This document shows, one piece after another, positions 25,176 to 36,001 of a stretch of DNA of 64,000 nt. The position numbers and the translations under genes were made by a program. This DNA is from Eutreptiella sp. 'Long Island Sound 2002' (Eukaryota; Protista; Euglenida): contig OZ038378.1 of NCBI GenBank assembly GCA_964036045.1, forward strand, positions 43,710,001 through 43,774,000, in the 5' to 3' direction. Numbering within the stretch: position 1 is the stretch's first letter; every line of letters begins with the position of its first letter. Under the pieces are notes generated by a model. The model did no database searches. It was not told the DNA's origin and saw nothing but the letters and a program-made list of their open reading frames with translations.

Positions 25176-25762
25176 CCCCGTTACCCAGCAAACCACCACC
25201 ACGGGGCGCCACGCCAGGCCCCGCCCAGAAGTCACCACACGAACCGGACGCCGAAGGACGCCAACGCACACGACAACGGGCACCACTACGCCCAAAGGCA
25301 CCGAACCCAGGCCCGCTACCGTCGCAACCGCCTAACCGAGCCAAAACCCAAACACAAATCAAACCCGAGCCACACCCCGAAACCGCTAACCCTTGACTCC
25401 TAACCAGGCCCGCCGAGGGAACAACGTAACCACAGCCCACACCCACAGCCCACACAGCCGCCTAACCAGCCAGCTCCAGAAGCAAAGAGACACCTCACCA
25501 AACCCACCCTGGCCCAAGCCCGTGTACATCTGGACGCGCGAGCTGTACCCCTAGGGCGCGACCGCCGCCGCAGCACCGACGACACACGCCAGAGGACACA
25601 ACACTATTGCACCGCCGCACCAGCTGCCCGTGCCTGTGCCTGCAGTGTACGCGCGCCCCTGTTTTTCTTTTTCTTTTTTTTTTGATGGAAAAAAAAACGA
25701 AAATTAGGGGGGGAGGAAGAGGGACACAACCACCCATGGCACACGCGCACCGCACACAGCGC

Positions 25763-25929
25763 GCACACCGGTGAACGGGAGCCAAGTGGCCCAGGACACC
25801 ACACACGCAACACAACACACCGAGCGAGCACACCGGTGAACAGGAGCCAAGTGGCCCAGGACACCGCAGACGCTACACAGCACACCGCGCGGGCACACCG
25901 GTGAACAGGAGCCAAGCGGCCCAGGACAC
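25763..25929 (+). repeat. Three ~65 bp-period repeats in the LINE 3' UTR
   Basis: The core gcacaccggtgaacRggagccaagYggcccaggacac occurs at 25763, 25828 and 25893. Confidence 0.85.
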
Positions 25930-28900
25930 TGCACACACGTAAGGCGGCCGAGGGACAGGAAAGAACCAATACCCCATGGGTCGGACGCACTGGGGCGACC
26001 CAGCCGACCCACCGGGCCAGTGGCAGGAGCGGTACTCCAAGGCCACTGGTCCGAGCCCGGCCAGGCTGCATCGGGGACCATGGCAAACGTCAGCCGGAGC
26101 CATGGAAGCAACCGGTGACAGGCGAGCCGGTACACAGTCCAGGAAGGGGTCACCTGCCAAGCAGAGTGGCCCCGCAACTCAAGCCACAAGGGTGAGGCGG
26201 TCGTACCGTAGACTAGCGGGAGCAATACCCCTTGTGGTGAGAGATACTCCACACGGCTAGGCAGCCCCCAGAGCTGCCGCCCAAAGGAGGGGGCATGTGG
26301 CCCTACCCATGGACACTTGTGGGGGCACCCTCCCACCTGGGACACATGGACCGGGTGGCCGCGACAATGCCTTCCCAAGCACATGCGGGAGCGGCTCAAG
26401 AGGCACCTGACATAGGGCAGTGGGAGGGACAGGACGTCCCCTTGGTAAGACCTTCTTCCTGCAATGTCAAAGGATGCATCCCGAGCTCCCGAAGATACCT
26501 ACCTACCTACCTACCTCGTTTTTGCGGCCCTTGTCCGGTCGATGCAGTAAGGGCCGAGGAGGTCGTGAGGGTAGGGACCTGGACACCCTCAGCTATCCCT
26601 CCCGGGGAAGAGTTTTTGGTTTCGATTTGGTCCACGGTTTCGAGGTCCGATCGCTTTCCGCGATGCCAAGCCCCCGACAGAGACGAATGCGCTGAGGATA
26701 GGGAAATAACACAACCACTTCGCGTTCGAGGGTTGAGCTACATATGCATGCATGCGCGGAGGAGGGGGAAAGAACACAACCACTTCGCGTTGGATGGTTG
26801 AGTGTGGCATGCATATGTGTGTGTACGTACTTCTATAACTAGTTATTCAGAAGGGATGGCACAACCACTTACGCCTTAGGGTTGAGTGTCAATATACCTA
26901 ATGTGAGGGAATGGATTGCTCAACCACTTCCATCCATGAGGGTTGAACCTGCACAACAACGGGGGTAACCACTACTTCAGTGAGAGGGTGGAGAAAGACA
27001 AAGGAAGTCACCACCGCTTGACGTTGAGGATGGAGAGGTACGTATGAGGAAGGAAGTCACCACCGCTTGACGTTGAGGATGGAGAGGTACGTATGAGGAA
27101 GGAAGTCACCACCGCTTGACGTTGAGGGTGAAGAGATACATGTGAGGAAGGGAAGTCACCACCACTTGGGCTTAGGGTGGAGAGAGGCATTTGAAACTAG
27201 TGATGGTGTGCAGAAATTCACCACCAATTCTTAGAGAGGGTAGGGACGTGCCATACTTGTTACAACTATGCGAGCACAAATAGCAATCATGGCAATAATC
27301 ATTCACAAACACTTACGTGAGGTTTGAGACATACCAATCATGCTGCTTGCGCTTGCGTCTGTGCTCATTTCGCGCCCGTGAGGCTGTCATTTTCCTCTAG
27401 CTCACCTCGGACGGTACCAAGACGTCACGAGGGTGTTCCATGCCGTAGTACAAGTTATAGATCCCCTTCACCACGTACATGGCCCCATACATCCACCCAA
27501 TCGTCCAATCAATGCACTCCTGGATGGGATCAGGGATTGCGTCCGGCAAAGAGACTGTCCACGTCCGATAGTCGAACTGGGCTCCAAATTGCCATGCACG
27601 GCGTTGCGCTGTCCATGTATCGGACTCGCGCAAGCAGTGCGCTCCCAGCTCGAATCTAGGTGTCAAGTACGGCCGCATGTGGTGAAATTCGTTCGAATGC
27701 AGAGCACCCTACGAAAAGGCAATCTAAACTCTTGAATAGCTCCGTCAAGAAACCAATTCTCTCCAAGTGCGATGCTCTCTCCGAACTCTACTTGCGTGGA
27801 TTGCTTGATCCTGGCATCCAACATCTCCATGCCAACCCAACCACGATATGTGATGCTTGCCATATCACTTGTAAGGATTGCTCGCTTTCCTTTGCAATGC
27901 TACACTCCACCGCTACTTGGTTTCCCTCATTACCTGCTCGAGCAAGTGTACGTGTGCCCCCCCCCCCCCCACCTCACCCCCAAGGGACATGGTGGGATTC
28001 TGCTTCGTCCCCGATAGGGCCTGCTGGATTAGGGCCACGGCTGCACGAGCCGGCCCCAGATGGCCGTGAGGATCAGGGGTGGACGGGCCGATTCGACGGT
28101 TTTCGGCTTCGGGTTGGTCAACAATAGGGCTGATGGGCCCTGCCGCAAACAGGTTCTTCTGGACCTGGGGCTGTGGCGACCCCCCCAACGACGGAGGGGT
28201 GTCAGAGTCGACCACGATGGGGCCCATGGGCGAGGCCATCGTACCCGAGTGGGCAGCGCGCGAGGGTGCAGCGTTTGTCTGCTCAATCACCCTGATAGAT
28301 AGTTCGATTATTGCCCGATTCTTGGTGCTAATGACGGTTCCCGTGCCTTGAGAAGGCAATCGTGGTCCACTTAGCTCTCTGTGAGGGTGGCTGTCCGTTT
28401 CCCCCCCAACCAACCCAGGTACCCCAACCGCATCTAGAGGATGGGGGGCCCCGATGGGAACATTCCGGGATTTTGGAGACTTGGGATTTGTTGCCACTTG
28501 GGGCTTGGCTCGTTTTTGCGGCCCTTGTCCGGTCGATGGAGTAAGGGCCGAGGAGGTCGTGAGGGTAGGGACCTGGACACCCTCAGCTATCCCTCCCGGG
28601 GAAGAGTTTTCGGTTTCGATTTGGTCCATGATTTCGAGGTCCGATCGCTTTCCGCGATGCCATGCCCCCGACAGAGACGAATGCGCTGAGGATAGGGAAA
28701 TAACACAACCACTTCGCGTTGGAGGGTTGAGCTACATATGCATGCATGCGCGGAGGAGGGGGAAAGAACACAACCACTTCGCGTTGGATGGTTGAGTGTG
28801 GCATGCATATGTGTGTCTACGTACTTCTATAACTAGTTATTCAGAAGGGATGGCACAACCACTTACGCCTTAGGGCTGAGCGTCAACATACCCAATGTGA

Positions 28901-29869
28901 GGGAATGGATTGCTCAACCTCTTCATTCCATGAGGGTTGAACCTGCACAACAACGGGGATAACCACTACTTCAGTGAGAGGGTGGAGAAAGACAAAGGAA
29001 GTCACCACCGCTTGACGTTGAGGATGGAGAGGTACGTATGAGGAAGGAAGTCACCACCTCTTGACGTTGAGGGTGAAGAGATACATGTGAGGAAGGGAAG
29101 TCACCACCACTTGGGCTTAGGGCGGAGAGAGGCATTTGAAACTAATGATGGTGTGTAGAAATTCACCACCAATTCTTGGAGAGGGTAGGGACGTGCCATA
29201 CTTGTTACAACTATGCGAGCACAAATAGCAATCATGGCAATAATCACTCACAAACACTTACGTGAGGTTTGAGACATACCAATCATGCTGCTTGCGCTTG
29301 CGTCTGCGCTCATTTCGCGCATGTGAGGCTGTCATTTTCCTCTAGCTCACCTCGGGCGGTACCAAGACGTCACGAGGGTGTGCCATGCCGTAGTACAAGT
29401 TATAGATCCCCTGCACCACATACATGGCCCCATACATCCACCCTAACGTCCAATCAATGCATTCCTAGATGGGATCAGGGATTGCGTCCGGCAAAGAGAC
29501 TGTGCACGTCTGATAGTCGAACTGGGCTCCAATTTGCCATGCAAGGCGATGCGCTGTCCGTGTATCGGACTCGCGCAAGTAGTGCGCTCCCAGCTCGAAT
29601 CTAGGTGTCAAGTACGGCCGCATGTGGTGCAATTCGATCGAATGCAGAGCACCCTACGAAAAGGCAATCTAAACTCTTGAATAGCTCCGTCAAGAAACCA
29701 ATTCTCTCCAAGTGCGATGCTCTCTCCGAACTCTACTTGCGTGGATTGCTTGATCCTGGCATCCAACATATCCATGCCAACCCAACCACGATAGTTGATG
29801 CTTGCCATATCACTTGTAAGGATTGCTCGCTTTCCTTTCCAATGCTACACTCCACCGCTACTTGGTTTC

Positions 29870-30800
29870 GCACACGCGGCCCCCACCTTCCACTACGTTG
29901 CGAGCTTTGCAGAGAGAGTCGGAAATCGCTAGCCAACAAACCCACTGACCACTCCACACCACCAGGTATGCCTACTAATCCTTCTAGAATTCTATATCAC
30001 TCACTGCCGCAGCAAACAACGAAGGTCACAAATTCCTTCTGCAAACGCCAGCATTCCTTGCTCACTCGCTAAGCCTTCACACCCTTCGTCCACCAACCTG
30101 AACACCCACAACGATCCTTTTACCTCTTGCTCAGAAGAGTCAAGCCAAGTGCAGCTCTTCTCAAGCCCCGTCTCTAAAGAGCGACGAGTGAGAGGCAACC
30201 TCCAGTGGGAATGGCACTTTGGTTACTAAGCTGTCACGTCATGACACTGCTAGTGAACACTCTGTAAATTTTGTGTTCTCTGATGGTTGTTGTGCAACGC
30301 CCTCGGCAGTGTCGGGAGCAACTGAAGTCAGCGAAATGGACGATGTCACTTTTGAAAACCCCTCAAAATCAGATGATTTACAGTCTACAGACAGATACAA
30401 GTCTAACCAAGTTTTTGAGTCGCTTGCAATAAACAGTAGTGTCTCTGAATTTCACAAAGGCTCCTGCACATCTAATATACCAATAACACGATCTCAAAGG
30501 AACAAGTTATGTGTATCGATGTCATATTTCAAAATTGCACAAAGATAACCAACATTTCAGCAAGCATGGAACATATTCATACAGGAACACTCACTACCAC
30601 ACTCGGATCCGCTCCTGAACTCTCTGAAGACATTTGAAACCGCCTTATGTACACTCAAGCCCTGACACTATACTATAGTCCACAGGTTTTCTTGTTGTTA
30701 CATACTCTGATTTTACTTACGACTATTGTATGATACATGAACACACGCGGACATGCCCAGGCGGGGGCCTAAGCCGCCACAGAATGAATGAATGAATGAA
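29870..30800 (+). mobile_element. 3' fragment of a decayed LINE ending in a (GAAT)n tail
   Basis: A degenerate coding-like region ends in gggggcctaagccgccaca(gaat)n at 30782-30800, a LINE-type microsatellite tail. Chromodomain coding sequence begins immediately after it. Confidence 0.5.
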
Positions 30801-31051
30801 CAGATGTAACGGGTGTAGTTGAAACTCCATCGTATGAGGTGGTGAAAGTTTTAAAACACCGTCCGCGGACCGAGAGGAAAACAAAGAAAAAATGTTTGGA
30901 ATGGTATGTCAAATATAGAGGATATGACGACCCGGAGTGGCAACCGGCGTCAGCTTTTATGCACGATGTGTCTTACCAGTGGGCTGAATATAACAAGTCT
31001 GAAGGCATTGATATAGGTCTCAAAGATATTCGGCGTGATACTTTTTCATAG
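30801..31051 (+). pseudogene. Chromodomain of a Ty3/Gypsy (chromovirus-like) integrase C-terminus, inverted relative to the integrase
   Basis: YEVVKVLKHR...LEWYVKYRGYDDPEWQPASAF...WAEY matches the chromodomain pattern YxVExI...xYLVKWxGY...TWEP. Confidence 0.85.
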
Positions 31052-31999
31052 ACACACAATAGCAGCGTTTGATTTTATACCCCCCCCTCCCTTTTTCTTG
31101 TATCTTTTCACATCTATAGTATTGATACCCAACTACTATGCGTGCGGTTGATAGCAAAATGTTGGGGCTGCAATGCGACCACGAGCACTTGTAGTTCGTA
31201 ACCAACCAGGTCCACTTCGACAAGTTGATCCAAGACGGTTATGAACGCTGGATCTTGGTGGCAATCCTATGGGAGTTCACGAGGATGGTGCTTACTCCAA
31301 GCGAGTCCACGAGTCTTTTTGGTGATCTTTCCCCGGACATGATGTTGCTCGTTCCGTGGGACATGCCGCATTCCGTGATTCGGATGCGAGGCCACATGGG
31401 TAGCCAACCTGAACCTTGATCTGGAACTTCCAACGCCTTGTTCGGAGGTCGTTTTGGTCTGTGAACTTTGATCCATTCTCCATTCGTGAGTGGTGTTGAT
31501 GCTGTAGAGGAGATAGAGATGGGCGTTTTGTGTCTGCGTTTCTTTTTGCAATATGTTCCAAGAATTTGAGGACACGAATTTTGCGTTGACCTTTTCTCTG
31601 GTAATTCGGCTGTGGGGCTCTGGGACCTTGAGGCGTGGGTCTCTCGGTGATAATGGAGAGTTCCTCTTGACTTGTCGTTGTGCACGCTGGAAGGTGGTAT
31701 TGGAGGAGCTAGACGAAACCTGCGGAGACCTCAAGCTTTGTGGAATTCCTTCACACTGTTCCTTAGACGAAGTGCGCTACGACGAAATTGAGTTCTTGTA
31801 TGCAGAGAGGGGGCGTTGGTGTGTGATGGCCATGTTCACAGCTCTGTAATCGTTGGCGTGATGGCGTGGACGCACCGGGACATCTTCGTGTGGTTGTGTT
31901 TTCGCTTGAGTGAATTGACTTGTCGTTGCTTGAGACAACAGGCTATGTGAAACATGTTCAAAATGTTCTCGAGATGTGCAGCACAAGGACGAAATTGGA

Positions 32000-33345
32000 T
32001 GCTGTACCAATGGACTGGATTGCTGCCACGGTCCAAGGGTTCCAAGCACAGTTTAAGATCCATGGCGTGAAAATATTTCTCCCCCTTCTCGGTGTGGATC
32101 TTATACCGGCCTGATCCCACTCGTTGCAGTACCTCAAATCGACCTTTCCACAAGCGACTAAGCTTTGTGGACCGTCTGTCCATTCCTGCTCTATTCACCT
32201 TGGCCCAAACGGTCTCTCCGGGCTGAAAAACTTGAAGGGGGTATCGCCTACGGAAGTCTTCCGTGGCTTTCTTTTGGATGGCTGTGAACTTGTCACGGAC
32301 CACCTCCCTGTCAGCCGCAAGTTGGGTAAAAAATTCCGCGGCGTCTTTGCAATCTGTATGGGGGAGGATGGGGCGGGTATCCCCAAATCCTATGCGGTGT
32401 CGGCCAAGGACCAACTTATAAGGGGAAGCCCCCCTGAGAGGCCCTGGGAGGTCATTTAAACCGCATGTGGCTAAGGGCAATAACACAACGCAGTCTTTAC
32501 TACCTTTTCGTTCAAGAAGCTTGCGCAAACTTTGAACAACTAATTGGACGGAATTTTTTGCACGTCCATTGGACTTTGGTTTATACACAATACTCTTGTA
32601 CTCATCGACTCCGGACAGACGAAAAATTTCCTTGCAGAACTCAGCATTGATCAAGTGGTCGTGGTCGGAGTAGATTGCTGAGGGCAGTCCAAAATGCACA
32701 AACACCCTCTCTACCATAAACTGGGCCACAGCCGCGGATGTGAGCCCTGCTTCAGTACATGGAATGGCCACTATGTAGCCGGTCAAACGACAAAGAAAGC
32801 ATAATACCACATCATATGTCTTGCCATTGCGTTTAATAGGGTTGTCTGGCAATTTAACAAAGTCAACCGAAATGGAGTGAAAAATGTGATCAGCGACTAG
32901 GGAGCTCTCACGGGTGTCCGGCGGACGACCCCGTTGAGGCTTGGCACGTTGGCATACACTTCAATGGTGCACCTTCTGTGAACACACCGCAGAAATCACA
33001 CTCAGAGTGGATCCTGGACCCATTATCTTGAACATACGATGGAATAGCCGTTCCGTCTTGTTAATGCCCGGGTGAGAGTAAGAATATACACCCGTAAACA
33101 CTTGTGGCAAGATTTTAACGGGCACCACACACTTTGCCTCTGTGACGTATCTTGCCCTTGTGGAGCAAGTAGTACGATCCATGTTGTTCGTCATTGCCAT
33201 ACTTCGACTTCTGCAATTCAGGCCACATCTTCTTATACACCGGGTCCCTTGAATAATAACTACTCCAGTCTTGATACAACACATGCACATCAGCAGGTAC
33301 TTGTACCTCGTGTAACAAATTCAGCGACCGTTCGACCACCGTGTC
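32000..33345 (-). pseudogene. Ty3/Gypsy integrase fragment (HHCC remnant, DDE core, GPY/F module), frameshifted
   Basis: YSHPGINKT...VCQRAK, ISVDFVKLP (D1), GLPSAIYSDHD (D2), PKSNGRAKNSV (catalytic E position mutated to K), SPYKLVLG, FQPGETVW and LWKGRFEV. Confidence 0.92.
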
Positions 33346-36001
33346 TGCAACATAACTTGCCATTCGGGCCGTATGCCAACTCAAATTACGCAAACAACGG
33401 CTCATGCGCCAGGCACCTACTGTTGCTGGTGCTACGGTGGGGCGAGGAAGCTCGCATAGCGGCCAAGGCACGGCAGCTAGGCGGGGAACGGTCGCCCGAC
33501 CACATGCATTCAAGACAAGTGACATGGTGTTTGTGCTCCATTATGGAATTTGTGGTCTTAGCAAAGAGTGAACCATAATCGCGCGTAACTGTCGCCAATG
33601 TCGCGCGAAATTCTCATGCTAATGAGATTCACATGTGTGCTCGAACATGGATGTGAATGTGAATTTTGTGTGAATTTCGTGTGAAATACATGCGCATGTA
33701 ATGAAAACATTTCAACTTCCCTCTAGAGCTTTCGTACCGTGGAACCATGATTGCGAGGGGTTGCGCTGAAATGTGCTGTTGCACTCCAGGCATACAACGT
33801 TGTGTGCAACTGGCCCTTGTTGCATTTTGCTTTGTTCAGCTTGTTCACAGTGCCCCGTGGAATTGCAAGCAAGAGCCCTGGCCCCTTCCACACCGTGCCT
33901 TCACATCTTCTGTGGGCTTAACTCAATTGAGTAATTAGTTTGTAAGGAATTGGGACCTCCGTACACATGCAATTTGCCCTCAAACGGGGCAAATAGTGGT
34001 AACTCTTGAGAGGGAGAGCACACCAACAGCTTGAGCCAAGGAACCAACCCTATGGTGCAAGACCATCTACGTGGTATGGCACTTCCGCTCACGACACCTA
34101 TCGCGGCCAATACTTCACACCACAGCTAGCAATTGCTGTAATGTGGCGGGACATGTATGACATGGCAGAGAGCTCAACTAACTGCTCGACCCCTTGAAGT
34201 GGTTGGCGGGAACAGCACCATCATCTACGGTGCAGCACACCGCTTGCCTTCACGGGTGAGGTAGTCGTACGAGTGCCGGCCCATACCTCCTGCAGATGTA
34301 TAGGAGCCTGCACCCCACAAGTACCATGGGCTGTGCACAGCCATTGACTGCACCAACCGGCATGATGCCGGTTACGTGCATTGCACAAAAGGGGCACGAC
34401 TAGTCCGGACGAACTGGCAAGTTGGTGGGCCATGGGAGGCTCTGAACAATGGGGCACCATCTTTGACACAGAAAGTAATTCCTTTTCCATAAACGACGAA
34501 CCCCGTTGTGTTTTGAAACCACATGTGTAGCATTTGGGTGTAGCCTTTGCTTGTCCGTCTGGTCACTGTATGTCTCTTCCTCACTGAGTCACCAGGCAGC
34601 CTTATGTTCACAGCACATATGTCGACTATGGTGATGTGCAACACTGTGCGTCCTTGATTGTGCACCAACAAGAAGAAAAGTGCTCCTGTTCTATGCACAG
34701 TCGAGTTCATGCAGATAGGCTCGAGCTGCCACGGAAAGCGGCCAGGACAGCCTGCAATCATGGGCTTATTTGATGTTTCAATGAAGGAAAAGCGAAACCC
34801 TGTCTACGACCAATTCGGGAGGTTGCGTGGACAAATTTAGTAAAAATAATTAGATAAAGACAAAGCTTGTGAACCGTTTTAGGCAAGACGCCCCAGTGGA
34901 TGAAAGCGCCGACTTGAGCTTCTGGAAGCAACGGACAAACAAATTTCAAAAGATAGTTGCGGAGCCCAAAAGAGTCACTGGTAAGAAAGATACAAAAAGT
35001 GGAAGGTGCTAAAGTGTGTGTGGAAGTAAAGGTAGCATGTCTGACATCGGACTTTTTCACTAGGCGCCGGCAAGGAAAAAATGAACAATCTACCTATTCT
35101 CTTTCTCTTCCCCTACTTTGGGGAGGCGCCGGTGCACGGCTTGAGCAAGTGCTCATGTTGCGGTGGGAGGCTGCATTTCTGGAAAGCGACCCCAACTACC
35201 TTCGGCCTTTGAGGAACCACAAGGTCAACTTACACAATCACTTTGGCTAAGGCGGGAAGATCTAGGAGCACTACTTGCAAATTTAGAGAACTAGTGCGAG
35301 CAAAGGGATTGCCCAGTCGATGCATTGTAAGAAGACAACGAGCAGTTGTCTCGGCCCCAATAGTTGCCCCACTGTGAGGATGCCAAACGAGGGGATTGTG
35401 TGGGAAGGGGGAGGAGGTCCGCTTGGGTTGCGGAGGAGAAAATAGGCTCCAGGGCAATGTCCCTTGTGTGATCTCCTGCAGTGATGGCAATAAGAGTGGG
35501 GAGGGGAGGTTCCTCCCCCTCCATAACCCCTCCTCCGCTCCGTTCGTCAGTGGGTCTATGGGTCCACACAGGCATTAGTGATAACTTTCTTCCTCACACT
35601 GTCCCGGTGATCATAAGAGAGGGGAGGGGGGTCGGTTCAGCTGTGGACCACGACCCCACGGCGTGGGCATGGGAGGTCCAAACATAACGGGGGACGGGGT
35701 GGGGTTCGTAATTTCTTTCCAAGTCTTTGGGGCATATTGAAGTCCCATTTCATTCTCGGAATTTTGAAGAAATACAAGTGGGGTAAAATCTCTTTTTACC
35801 ATTCACCACAAATGACAAATAGTGCTGCATTCCGGCAACGAACTGCTGAGCACCGACTGGTGACCCTGTCCAACGACGTGGCCCCAAACCCGAACAGAGC
35901 GCAACGGGTTTGTTGCGGTGACCCCGTCATATTGTCTCATCCCCGATGGAAACGTGGAACCCTAATACTGTCGATGTGCATCCGAACCCAAGTCACCCCA
36001 A

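Larger units (their letters stand above)
15306..26514 (+). mobile_element. 11.2 kb APE-type non-LTR retrotransposon, 5'-truncated, with a ~5 kb 3' cargo region and (TACC)n tail
   Basis: It interrupts unit 2, has a uniform C/A-rich plus strand throughout, ends in (TACC)5 at 26496-26515, and is flanked by a 92 bp imperfect duplication of unit sequence. Confidence 0.85.
12871..29869. repeat. Three head-to-tail units: 12871-14633 (1763 bp), 14634-27924 (1990 bp plus the LINE insertion) and 27925-29869 (1945 bp)
   Basis: Near-identical sequence in all three. Internal junctions read cttggtttc|cctcattacc; the array begins at cctcattacc (12871) and ends at cttggtttc (29869). Unit 1 lacks ~230 bp and unit 3 lacks one 50 bp subrepeat. 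Confidence 0.92.

Noticed and set aside
15454-26400. Numerous long minus-strand and alternative-frame ORFs over the giant LINE
   Set aside because: They are shadows of extreme GC content and C/A strand skew: Gly/Val/Trp-rich translations with no domain motifs.
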